In this document: positions 1 to 12,417 of the stretch, piece by piece
How the letters are laid out: the number at the start of each line of letters is the position of its first letter
How positions within the stretch are numbered: the first letter of the stretch is position 1
Source of the DNA: the human T2T-CHM13v2.0 reference genome, Homo sapiens
Assembly: GCF_009914755.1 (NCBI RefSeq)
Contig: NC_060941.1
Direction: 5' to 3' (one strand)
Length of the DNA: 64,000 bases
Translations under genes and position numbers: made by a program
Notes under the pieces: model-generated
What the model was told of the DNA's origin: nothing
The model's database searches: none
Seen by the model: only the letters and a program-made list of their open reading frames with translations

Positions 1-1879
1 AATTCATTATAGACCCCTGGGGTCAGGAGGGGGCTCAGTACAGTCCCAGAAGGTTCCATGAAAGCCAGAAGTAGTGCCCTCAGCTTCAGCCAGGACCCTC
101 CTGCCTGCACATTTGTTGACCACCCAGGGCCTGGGTGCTCCTGCCTCCGGCCCCCTTTCCCCACCGTGAATCCATATGGTCCCTTCTTTCCCAGCACAGC
201 CACAGGACAGCTCTGTCACACCCTCCCCAGTGACCTACCATGAGCCACCTGGGCCGACTGGCCCTCCTTCCCCACAGAGCCCCTGGCACCCAGGACTTCC
301 TGGCAGGTGCTGGCCCTGAAGTCCTGGGCTTCCTCTGGGCTCCTATGTGAAGCCAGCGCCCTGGAGGCCAGGTGTTTCCTGTGGGTGGGGGGGCCTGGAA
401 GGTTCTACCACACTCACACTCCACCTCCTCCTCTGGGGCCTCCCACTTGTGGCTCAGGCCCTGCTACTGTTAATCAGAGGGAAGAGAGAAGGCCCTGGGG
501 ATGGGGTGTGTGAAGGCCTGGACTGTCTACCGCAGGCTGGGCATGGGGTGGGGAAGTCTCAGGGTAGCAGCAAGGCAGGAAGGGGAGGAACACCCAGAGC
601 TTGGGGGCAGAGATAAGTAAGGAGCCCCCAGTTCCAGGCAACCTGTGGGTGTGGCCTCTGGGGACCAGCCAGACAGCCTGGCATGGACAGCCTCACTCTT
701 CTCACTGCTTTGCAAATGCCACAGGTGGTCAAGCACCCACGTGGTCTTCACACATCTGCACCTTGCAGGTCCAGGATGGAGCTGTGATCATCGCTGGATG
801 GGAAAGCAGCTTCCTGTCTCCCTCTCAGCAAGTGGAGTGCAGTGGGGTGGGCAGCTGCTTGCTGCAGACTCACTCCTATCCCCAAAGAAGCCTTGAGAGG
901 AGGCCCTACCATATGGGGAGACTGAAGATCTGAAAGGCCCAGCTTGCCCAAGGAACTCAGCCAGTGAGTGGCAGAGCCTCCTCCCGTCCCAAAACTCTGC
1001 CTCTGGCCACCCCCAAGCACTGCCCCTCTGATGGCATCAGGGACGCGATAAAGAAACCTCAGGCAGGGCCGGCCGAGAGCCCTTCTCCCAGGCTTGCCTC
1101 CAGCTGTGCAGGAAGCCCACCTGCCCAAGACTCACCTGCGGCATTTGGCGAAAAGCAGTCCTGGGCTCCCACCCTCCCCGGCCTACTTGAACAGGATCTC
1201 GAGGGGTGGACCCAGGACTCTGCCCAAGACTGTTGAGTCCCTCCCTCCCCGGTCTTTGAGGTGGCAAGGCTTCCCCTTTTGCCTCCACTCCCCTGTTCCT
1301 GCCACAGCAGCCTCCTAGGACTGTGTTGCTCTTTTCCTTTGAGTTGGTCTGGCTCTGCAGGGGTCACCCAGGCCCCAGGCTCTCAGTGGGTGGGGATCTG
1401 ATGTAGCACTGACATGTTTCATCCACTTGACTGGCAGGTCAAGGACAGCCTGGAGGTGGGCAAGTCATCAGGACCCCAGACCAGGAACGATGGAGGCTCC
1501 AAAGTCCACCAGTAGAGGGAAGAAAATAGCCGCTGTCCCCAGGCAGAGCCACCAGTCACACAGGGACGAGATCTCAGAATGAGCACTGGGCAGGGTTCTC
1601 TGGGATGCTGAGCTCTGGTCTTCCCTGTGAGCGGCCTTGGACAAGTCATCTGCCCAGACCCTCCATACCCCGTGCTGTGTCTTCTCAGAGAGTGAGCGTT
1701 CGGAAGCATGGCGCTCTCTGAAGTCCGTGGCTGGGATGTCCATGGCTGTGACGACCTTCTGAAAACCATGTGGTCTCTGTCCCACTTTCAGCCTCACAGT
1801 GCACGAATGCAAGCCCGGAGTAAGCGCCCCCAACTGGGCTCAAGACCTTCTTCTTGGGGGTCCCTGTTGCATCAGCTTC

Positions 1880-2612
1880 TTTTAAGTTAACTTTCTCTTG
1901 CAGTACAGTATGAATAAAGAAAAGTCTAACACTATGTGTCCAACTCCATTTGGACTTTCACAAAGTGAGTACCTTCATGTCCTCAGCTCTCAGATCAAGA
2001 AGAAAATACTGCCAGCTCCCGAGTCCTCTTCTACCTCTTCCTGTCATTAATACCCCCAAGACAACGACGACCTTGACTACTAACGCCAGAGGTTAATCTG
2101 GCCTCCTTTGGAATTACACGACAGGTACGCTCTTGCATCTGGCCTCTCTCCTCCCACGTGGAGTCTGAGCCTCACCACATGACGTCATAGCTCCTTCCTC
2201 TCACTGCTGTAGCCCAGCCCATCTCATGAACAAAGCACCATCCATATATCCATATGCCTCTGTGGATGGATGCTTGGCTCGGTTTTCAGTCTGGGCTATT
2301 ACGGTGCTGTCATGAGCAGTCTCCTGGTGAACATTTGCACACGTTTCCTTTGCGAAATGCCTGGGAAGGGAATTACTGGGCTGTTGGGTGGACATGTGTT
2401 TGGCTGCAGTAGGTCCTGCCAGCTTTCTCAAGTGGTCGTACCAATTCACCCTCCCTCCACCATTGTGGGAGGCCCCAAGCTGCCCCTCGGCACCAACATC
2501 TGGGATGTCTTTTTCTTTTGAACCACTCTCTTGGATTCGGTGTAATGCTGTGATTGTAATTTGTATTTCTGTGATGACTAATGTGGTTGAGCACCTTTTT
2601 CTACGCCATCAC
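1880..2612 (-). mobile_element. Old L1M (L1ME/L1MC-type) 3' fragment
   Basis: Degenerate antisense L1 motifs: 'ttcacaaagtgagt..cagatcaagaa' and 'gtaatttgtatttctgtgatgactaatgtggttgagcacctttt'. Confidence 0.7.
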
Positions 2613-2613
2613 C

Positions 2614-3247
2614 TTCTTTTTTTACTTTGGGTTTTTAATAGACACATAATAATTGTACGTATTTATGGGGTATATGTGATATATTGGTACATGCATACAA
2701 TCTGTAATGATCAAATTGGGATTTTAGGACATGTATCCCTTCAAACATTTACCATTTCCTTTTGTTAGGAACATTCTGAATCTTCTAGCTATTTTGAAAT
2801 ACACTACAAATTATTGATATCCATAGTCACCCTACCATGCTATTGAACACTAGAACACATTCCTTCTATCTAACTGTATTTTTGTACCCATTAACCAACC
2901 TCTCTTCATCTTCTTTCCAACTCCCTACCCTTCCCAGCCTCTGGGAACCACTGTTCTACTCTCTACTGCCATGAGATCCATTTTTTTAGCTCCCACATAT
3001 AAGAACATGCAGTATCTGTCTTTCTGTGCCTGGCTAATTTCACTTAATATTATGACCTCCGGTTCCATCCATGTTGCTGCACATGATAGGATTTCATTCT
3101 TTTCGTGGCTGAATAATATTCCACTGGGCATATGAACCACATTTCCCTTATCCAGCGTCCTTGATGAACACTGAGGTTGATCTCATCTCTTGGCTACCGT
3201 GAATAGTGCTGCAGTAAACGTGGGGGCTCAGCTGTCCTTTCATACTG
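2614..3247 (-). mobile_element. L1MA-type 3' end inserted into the older L1
   Basis: T-rich tail, then 'aattgtacgtatttatggggta', 'catagtcaccctaccatgctattgaacactagaac' and 'ggttccatccatgttgctgc', typical of antisense L1MA 3' UTR/ORF2 end. Confidence 0.85.
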
Positions 3248-3273
3248 AAGTTCTTTATATATTCCGGGCACTA

Positions 3274-4870
3274 AACATAGACATAGATATGAGTATAGAC
3301 ATAGATATGGATATGGATATAGATATGGATATGGATATAGATATGGATATAGACATGGATATAGATATGGATAGATTGGAAATGGATATGGATGTGGATA
3401 TAGATATAGATGTGGATATGGATATAGATATGGATGTAGATATTGATAAGGATATAGATATGGATAGATTGGATATGGATATAGATGTGGATATGGCTAT
3501 AGATGTGGATACGGATATAGATATGGATAGGTTGAATATGGATATGGATATAGATATGGATATGGATATAGACATGGATATAGATATGGATAGATTGAAA
3601 ATGGATATGGATGTGGATATGGATATAGATGTGGATATGGATATAGATATGGATGTAGATATTGATAAGGATATAGATATGGATATAGATATAGATATGG
3701 ATATAGATATGGATAGATTGGATATGGATATAGATGTGAATATGGATATAGATGTGGATATGGATATAGATATGGATGTAGATATTGATAAGGATATAGA
3801 TATGGATATAGATATGGATATAGATATGGATAGATTGGATATGGATATAGATGTGAATATGGATATAGATGTGGATATGGATGTAGATATGGATGTAGAT
3901 ATTGATAAGGATATAGATATGGATATAGATATGGATAGATTGGATATGGATATAGATGTGGATATAGATATAGATATGGATATAGATATGGATAGATTGG
4001 ATATGGATATAGATGTGGATATGGATATAGATATGGATAGGTTGAATATGGATATGGATATAGATATGGATATAGACATGGATATAGATATGGATAGATT
4101 GGAAATGGATATGGATGTGGATATGGATATAGATATGGATGTAGATATTGATAAGGATATAGATATGGATATAGATATGGATAGATTAGATATGGATATA
4201 GATGTGGATATGGCTATAGATGTGGATATGGATATAGATATGGATAGGTTGAATATGGATATGGATATAGATATGGATATGGATATAGACATGGATATAG
4301 ATATGGATAGATTGGAAATGGATATGGATGTGGATATGGATATGGATGTGGATATGGATATAGATATGGATGTAGATATTGATAAGGATATAGATATGGA
4401 TATAGATATAGATATGGATATAGATATGGATATAGATATGGATAGATTGGATATGGATATAGATGTGAATATGGATATAGATGTGGATATGGATATAGAT
4501 ATGGATGTAGATATTGATAAGGATATGGATATGGATATAGATATAGATATGGATATAGATATGGATAGATTGGATATGGATATAGATGTGGATATAGATA
4601 TAGATATGGATATAGATATGGATAGATTGGCTATGGATATAGATGTGGATATAGATATAGATATGGATATAGATGTGGATATAGATATAGATATGGATAT
4701 AGATATGGATATGGATGTGGATATAGATATGGATATGGATGTGGATATAGCTATGGTTGTGGATATAGATATAAATATGTATAGACTGGATATGGATATG
4801 GATGTAGATATGGATATGGATATGGATATAAATATGGATACGGACATAGACATATCATAGATATGGATGT
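3274..4870. repeat. Hexamer-based tandem array (GATATG/GATATA/GATGTG)n with higher-order structure
   Basis: Directly visible. Variant units GATAGATTG, GATAAG and GACATG recur as landmarks. Confidence 0.97.
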
Positions 4871-5220
4871 GGATTACAAATGCCCTCTCAGACTCTCTCA
4901 AGGTGAGGCTTCTCCTTTATTCAGTTAATGCAGTGACTTACACTGATAGGCTCTCCATTATTAAACCACCTCTCCCTTCCTGGAATAAACTCAACTTGGT
5001 TGTGACGTGTTCACTTTCTGCATGTTGTTTGGTTGGAGTTGCCAGTGTTTGTCTTAGGACGATTGCACTCATATTCATGAGTGAGGCCCACCTGTAATTT
5101 TCTTTTCTTTTCTCAACGTTTCGGTCGGAAGGTCTGTGTATCAGGGTTAAACTGCCTCATAAAAGGAGCCGAGAGGCATCCCTCCTTCTCTGTTCTCTGT
5201 GAGCATCAGTGCAAGGTGGG
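4871..5220 (-). mobile_element. Old L1 ORF2 fragment (continuation of the host L1)
   Basis: 'ttaaaccacctctcccttcctggaataaactcaacttggt' and 'gtatcagggttaaactgcctcataaaaggag' resemble antisense L1 ORF2. Confidence 0.75.
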
Positions 5221-5595
5221 TTTGATGGACACGTTTGTTGTCGATTTGGGGAAAGGCCCACACGGCTCATCTCTGTCAGGCCAGGGGACCATGTCTGGGG
5301 GTCAGGCGTCAGTGGCCTTGTCTATGTTCTCATGGGGTAGGAGCATGGGGAGTGGGGAGAACTTGGATTGCCACATGACAAAAGCCCCTGAAATGGGCTT
5401 GAACAGGAGGACAGGGGCTGCAGCCAGGGCCTCTGCCTTCTCCTCCGTGTTCCTTCTCAGCTCTCTCTGTTCCTCCAGGGCCTCCCGCCATCCTCCTGCC
5501 CACTGTCCTGCTTTCCTCCTGTTCCATCTGGGCCCCTCTTCTTCTGTCTCCACCTCTCTCTGAGCCAGGACTATCCATAGACCCCTCCTGATGCC

Positions 5596-6238
5596 GTGCA
5601 TGCGTATGTGTGTGTTTATGTGTCTGTGTGTGTTCGTGTGTGCTTGTGTGCATGCTTGTGTGTCTGTGTGTGCATGTGTTTGTGTGTGTGTGCATGTGTG
5701 TGTGCATGTGTGTATGTGTGCCTGTGCATCTGTGTGTGTCTGTGTGTGTGTGTTTAGGTGTGTGTATGTGTTTGTGTGTGTGCGTGTGTGTGTGCATGTG
5801 TTTATGTGTGCATATGCATCTGTGTGTCTGTGCATGTGAGTGTGTCTGTGTGTTTATGTATGTGTGTGCATGTTTGTGCATGCATGTGTGTGCGTTTATG
5901 TGTGCATGTGCATCTGTGTGTGTCTGTGTGTTTATGTGTGTGTGTTTGTGTGTTTCTGTGCGTTCTGTGTGTGTTTGTGTGTGCATGCGTTTGTGTGTGT
6001 GTGCATATGTTTGTGTGTGTTTATGTGTGTGTGTTTATGTGTGTTTGCGAGTTTCATGTGTTTGTGTTTGCGAGCATGTGTTTGTGTTCTGTGTATGTGT
6101 GTGTGTTTTGTGTGTGTGCATGTGTTTATGTGTGTTTATTTGTATATGTGTTTATGTGTGTGCACAAGCGTGTGTTTGTGTGTTTGTGTGTGTGTTTTTG
6201 TGTGTGTGCGCTTCCGCTCACATGCATGTGTGTGCACA
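5596..6238. repeat. Composite (TG)n simple repeat with CATG/TTTA interruptions
   Basis: Directly visible. Confidence 0.97.
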
Positions 6239-9200
6239 CGGCCAGCAGCAGTGCCCACTGCTGGGAGATTCCGCCTGCTTCTTGAAGCTGCCCTGGTCCT
6301 TCACCAGCTGAGGCTGGGACTCAGGTCTGTGCCTCCTCCGCGACCTCTCTCAGGCCCCCACCCCCACCTTCGCCACCTCTGCCTGCTCTGTTTCCCGACC
6401 CTGCTGCTGGAGCACGCAGCCCTGCAGTGACCCCGTCGCATATGCTTGAACAATATTCTAGAGCACCATGAAAGACTCAGGAGGGTAAAGCACTAGCGCA
6501 TGTGCCGACTGAGCTCCCGGCTGGTGGAGGCAGAGAGGCGGCAGGGCAGAGCCGCGGCGTGGGCAGGAGCTGGGGTGGAGGGGGGCCCTGCACCGCGGGC
6601 AGCCTGGCTCCTGCCCTGGTCACACAGAGGGAGTGCCTCACCTCCGTGCCCCCAAGCCCAGAGTGCTGCTGCCAAGGCGAGGCGAGGAGGAGGGCGCCCT
6701 GTGGCTGACAATCAGGCGAGTGTTCCCTGCGAGCAGACACAGCACCTAAATCATGCATGGCCCAGGCCAGGTGCTGACTGGGCCGCCCAGGAGGGGGTTG
6801 CCCACTGCCTTTTTCAGGGATTGTTCCCTTAATGACACCTAAAAATGAGCAGGCAAGCATGGGCATTCAGCCGAACGCCCGCCCTTGCCTGATAGAAATG
6901 CAGCTGTCTGGTCTCAAAGCTGTGCCATCGACGCTCTGGGAATGGGGCCTTAGGGAAGGACCTAGCCACACCCGTGCCAGATCAGCCAGCTGTGATGATG
7001 GCTGACGCTCCCTGATGGAGGAGTCCCCCAGACTCCAAACGTTCCCAGCCAAGCCCTGGCCTCGGAGCCTCCCTGTCAAGCCTCTGGCTGGCCCTTTCCA
7101 GGAACTGGACCCAAAGCCCAGGCCACACCTGCCACATCATCAGCATGACCCTGGCTGGCCTGGGCAGAAGAGACAGGCGAAGGTAAGAGTCCAGCGAGAA
7201 GGGCCATGGCCTGCCCTGGCGAGGGCCGTCCTCTTCCACTGGCCCACATCTCTGGTCTAAGACCCCCAGCCCTCCTGGGAGAGGAAACACCAGGGAGCCC
7301 AGCAACCCGGATTGGAGCCCAGGGTTGGAGCCCGGAATTGGAGTCTGCGGATCTCTGGTCCAGGCCCTGCAGCTGCCTCACACCATGCCCCTGGGTACAT
7401 CCCTTCCCTCGCTAGGCCCCATGGCCCTCTCCTCAAAGGAACAGATTATTCCAGGTGACAAGGACTGTCCCCACCCCAACAGTCTACAGCTCCATGGGAC
7501 CTGGGCTCAATGAAGCCAATGTGTGGCCCTGGAGATCCCCGGGCTGCGAGGGGTGGTGGGACGAGCCCTCTTCAGTCCTGGAGAAGTGTCCCCGTGGGCT
7601 TTCTCCCAGCCAGGGCTTTTGTGGGTTCTCAGCAGAAGTTGTGTTCATTGTTATCATACATCGCAATAACGAAAATAATAGTAACATCCTAATCATAGGC
7701 TCCTGGGCAAGATGGTGGCTGCCTTAAAGGACTCTTTAACAACCGGGAGAGGAACTTTCTCAGAAACTAAAGAAGCTCCCCAGGCTTGGGGCTGCAGGGA
7801 AGTGACTGAGGGGAAAAGGCCTGCAACCCCAGCCATAACCCTTGGCCGCAGGTGGGCACCCTCTGCAGGGGGGCAACATCGACAGGAACATTTCCTGTCC
7901 CAGGGCTTGGCTCTGAAGCCCAGAGAGCCTGCCCTGGCCAAGGCTCACTCGTAGAAGCAGCAGAATCTCCAAGACAATCTTCTTCCCCCTGCACCTGCAG
8001 GAGCCCCTCCCCTGGCCTCTGCTGCAGGCACCTTATTTCAAAAGAGATCCTAGCAAGCTGAGTTCACCCAGTTGGTGCCGAGGAGAGGAGAGGGAGGTAA
8101 GGACAGGGAGGGAAAGGAGAAGGCGCTGGGAGAGCTTTGCCTGCAAGGAAGGGAACCCCAGCTTCAGCCAGGGGGTGGGGCGGAGCAGTGCCCTGGGGCA
8201 GAGATGCGCTGGCCCTGAGGGAGGGTAGCTGCGGAGCTAGCAAAGCCCCGACACCCAGGCACTGCCCCTTCTCCCACCCCCACCCTCCACTCCCGCCCCC
8301 CTCAGCAGAAGGTGGCTGCCTTCAGCAACTTCCCCCTGGGACCGCCCTCACCCAATGGCTGGGTCATAACAGTGGTCCCAAAGAGAACGGAGTTGATGGG
8401 CCGATCTGGGCCCAGTTCCTGGGCAGTTGTGGCCGGGGTGGTGGGGGAGGTCCCACAGAACCAACATGGGTTAAGGGGGTGGTAGTTAAAACGTGGGCCC
8501 CCAGCACTATGGGAGGCTGGGCCATCACCCTCAAAGGTGCCTGCCTGCTATGTAGTACATCCTGTTAATAGGAGGTGTGGAAGGCAGAGCTGGTTGAGTT
8601 TGATCTAAGAAACAAAAAGATTTATAGGGGTGGTGTTTGGCCTTCAGAAACTTGGACAGCAGCCAAGGGAGGGATGAGATGAGTTCTGTGGCCCCAGAAC
8701 CCTGGGCGCAGTGGTGGCACATCGGGAAGCAGGAGCAGGCTTTAGCCTGACAGCAGGAACCTGCTAGGAACTAACAGAGCCGATGGGCAGGGAAAGGCCA
8801 CCTCGTCAAGGAGTGAGCCCTGCAGTGCTGCGAATACCTGGGTGGACTCACATCCACCTGCCAGGGACAGGGTAGAGCGAGGTCCAATGCGGCCTCTAAG
8901 GCCCTCCTGACACAGCCCCAGGATCCTCCAGGGGTTCCTCCCTGTCCTCATGGGCCTGTTCACCTCGGCAGCCTCCTCGATGCCACGGCTCCCTCTGTGT
9001 CCTCCCTCTAGACGCTCAGGACCCCATAGGCCACATTCTCTCCTTTCCCGGGCTTGGCACCTGCAGATGTCTCTGCCATCCCCTACTCATCCTTCACTTC
9101 TCGTCATGAGCATCAGCTCTTCCAGGAAGATGAGAACCGCCTCTCCCTTATCATAAGGAACTCTCGTGCTTGTTTGAAAGCCTGTGTCCCCTGTGGACTT

Positions 9201-9254
9201 TCAGCATCACAAGGGCAGGGACCACCTCAGCCCGGTTTGCCTCTCCATCCTGGA

Positions 9255-9322
9255 GGAGATCACAGGGCCTGGCGCACAGCAAGTGTTTAAGAAGTAGGTG
9301 CTGAATGAATGAATGAGTGAAT
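9255..9322 (+). mobile_element. L2 3' end
   Basis: 'cagggcctggcgcacagcaagtgtttaagaagtaggtgctgaatgaatgaatga'. Confidence 0.7.
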
Positions 9323-9877
9323 AATGTCAAAGGGACAGTCAACGGGCCTCCCAACACGGTACCCATGGGCCTCTCTAGAGACACTGACATCCCAGGGACT
9401 CTTCCTGGGGGTCCAGGTTAGGAAGATAAGCCCAGCTAGGGGAACCTCTAAGAGGTGAGGGTTGATGAAGACTAGAGGCAGCTGATGGGGTTGAGGTGAG
9501 GCAAGGTGCGACTGGCATTCAGGGAGCCAACAGAACGTGTCATTTTCTTGTTGGTTTCACCCCTCTCTTTATTTATATGTACACCCCACTTCTTCTCTGG
9601 AAGCATCAGGGAGTCGGGAGGTACGGATTCCAGTTCTGGGTCTGTTCTTGGGAAGCCCTAATGTAATGACTTCCCCTCTTGGGACCTCAATTTTCTCAAC
9701 TTTGAACTTCACCACTTGGGCCGGATAATTTCTCAACCTTATATCCGTGGCTGGCATATGTCCTGGGGTCCGAAGGCCGGGTGAGCACTCCCAGAGCCTA
9801 AGTCTGAATCGGACTTCTGGTTTCCCCATGGCCACCCAGCCAGTGGGACAGAAGCCACCAGAAAAAGAGGCCTCTTC

Positions 9878-10212
<335 letters not shown>

Positions 10213-11615
10213 TCATGTCCAGGAGGTCAGCATGGCTCCCCAGCTGCCCCTCCTCCCCAGAGTCAGGAAGGTGAGAAACGCAGCACTGCAGGCGCCTGGC
10301 TCCAGGGTGGAGTGTGGGTGTGGGTGGGCTTGCTGGAGCCCCCGCTTTCCTCCATCACAGGCAGTGCGACCCAGTGGTTTGGTGCAGTTGCTCGTGCCAG
10401 GCCCCCGGGGCCTGACTCCCACCTCTGCTGTGTATTAGCCCTGCGGGTGTGGGGCTGATGCCGTGTCTTGCATGCAAGGTCTTAGAAACGGTCTCCAGGA
10501 GACCAGGCTACTCCCATGCAGCAGACGGCAGGGAGAACTGAACCTGGCTGTTCTACAAGCCGCACAGCGTGTGTGCACACCAGACTTTTGATTTGTAATG
10601 AGTTTTACCCATATCTTGAATTGCAAAACGCATCTCCCACCTCCTTCCTCCTTGTGGGGCCACCTTTCTTGGGTCACTTTGGAGGGCACTGTGCTGAGAC
10701 TAAGATGCATCTCCTCACCCCTACGACCTCACTTCCTTTCGTGGGGTGACTGACGTGTGCACACATCACCAGAGGACCTGGCAAACTCTGAGGAAGCCTT
10801 GTTGGGGGCTGGGGAGGGGGTGTTGGTGATGGTGGGGGATGGACGGGAGCTTTGCAGAGAAGGGGCTTTTGAGGTCCCTGGGTCCCAGCTGGGCTGAGCT
10901 GAGGTGCAAAAGTCTTCCTGCATCTGTTTTCTTAGGTCCTGTTTACAAGGAGGCTGAGTAGACTTCCAGGAGGAGAACGTGGGCCACGTCTGGACCTGGC
11001 TAGGGGCACCCACGGGCACATCTGTGAAGACTGGAGAACACGATGCCAGGGAGGGATGGGGCCCCTGAGGGGAGGATTCTGGTTCCCTGAGATAATGGAG
11101 TCACAGGGCTCAAGGACAAGTACCTGCACCCTCTCGGCCTGTCCTGGAAAGAAAAGTGATGAGTGTGGGGCCAGGTGAGCCTCCTGCACTCCTCCCTGCT
11201 GTCCTCCAGAGCTCAGGCAGCCTAGGATGGGGCCCCCAAGACCACAGAACAGCGAGGGGTGGATGGTTTCCCCATCCCTCCAAAGAAATCAGGCAAGGAT
11301 TGAGGTCCAGGCCACCCATTATGACACCAAGGTGGCAGCCAGGAGTGATGGGAAGAGGTCAGGGCTGACCATCAAGGGCATGTGAGGGCCCCCAGTGGAT
11401 GGTGGAAGGGGAGAGAACACAAACTGACTGAGGCCCAGGTTCTGCGCTAACACAGATAAAGATAAACACACCTGCACAGTTGGCTGTACACGTGACTGTG
11501 ACTCATCCCCAAAGGCTTGGAAGACTGGGGGCGTTTGATCTGCATAACATAACTTGCCTAACATAAACATAATTTCAGTGGGCTGACATGTGAAGGAAGG
11601 GAATTACATGTGGAG

Positions 11616-11666
11616 GATAGATTTCAAGGTCTGATAGATTTCAAGGTCCAATAGATTCCCAAGGAC
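11616..11666. repeat. 17-bp tandem triplication
   Basis: gatagatttcaaggtct / gatagatttcaaggtcc / aatagattcccaaggac. Confidence 0.85.
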
Positions 11667-11706
11667 TCCATCTTTTTCAAGCCAATCTGGATGAATAGCT
11701 ACTTGG

Positions 11707-11780
11707 TGTGGTGGGTTAAAAATGGCTGCCAAGTCTTGGACTCTCCTCTTATTGAGAGGTGATGTCTAATTGTCTTCCAG
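11707..11780 (+). mobile_element. MLT1 (F/G/H-like) LTR 5' fragment
   Basis: 'tgtggtgggttaaaaatggctgccaagtcttggactctcctcttattgagaggtg'. Confidence 0.6.
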
Positions 11781-11883
11781 GCAGCGGACACAGGCAGAAG
11801 CCAGAAGGCTTTTCCACCCTCACCTCAGCAGTCGCAAAGTATCACTTCCACTGCTTTCTATCACTCAAGCAAATCACTTACCC

Positions 11884-12417
11884 CTCATCCATTCATCCAC
11901 TCATTCAACCATCCCTCCATTCTTCCATCACCCCTCCCATCTGCCCACCCACTCATTTATCCATCCAACCACCTGTCCACCCATCCACCCACCCACCCAC
12001 CCCTCATCCAACTATCCAGTCATCCAACCATTCATTCATTTTTCCACTACATCTTCCGTTCACCCACCCACTCATCTATCCATGCAACTATCCATTCACC
12101 CATCCTTCCACCCATCCATTCATCCATCTATCCATTCAAACATCAACCCACCCATCTACCCACTCACCAACCACCCATCAATCCAAACACCTATCCACAC
12201 ACCCACTCACCCATCTATCTATCCATCCACCCATCCATCCACCCATCCACCCATCCACCCATCCATCCATCCATCCACCCATCCATCCATCCATCCTTCC
12301 ACCCATCCATCCATCCTTCCATCCACCCATCCACCCATCCATCCATCCACCCATCCATCCATCCATCCATCCTTCCATCCATCCATCCTTCCATCCAACC
12401 AACCATACATCCATCCA
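11884..12417. repeat. (CCAT/CCAC)n composite simple repeat
   Basis: Directly visible. Confidence 0.97.

Noticed and set aside
3190-4860. 556-aa Asp/Met/Ile ORF as a bona fide CDS
   Set aside because: It starts at TTG inside an L1 relic and is wholly explained by a stop-free hexamer. There is no promoter or splice evidence. Kept only as a finding.
3274-4870. CRISPR-like repeat-spacer organisation
   Set aside because: Eukaryotic DNA, no unique spacers and no cas genes.
5302-6430. Cys/Val- and His/Thr-rich ORFs (also near 16000, 18700, 22300, 26400, 35700)
   Set aside because: Translations of TG/CA repeats, not metallothionein- or keratin-associated-like genes.
8643-8663. REST/NRSE-like TTCAGAAACTTGGACAGC
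   Set aside because: Two mismatches in the critical CAGCACC half-site.
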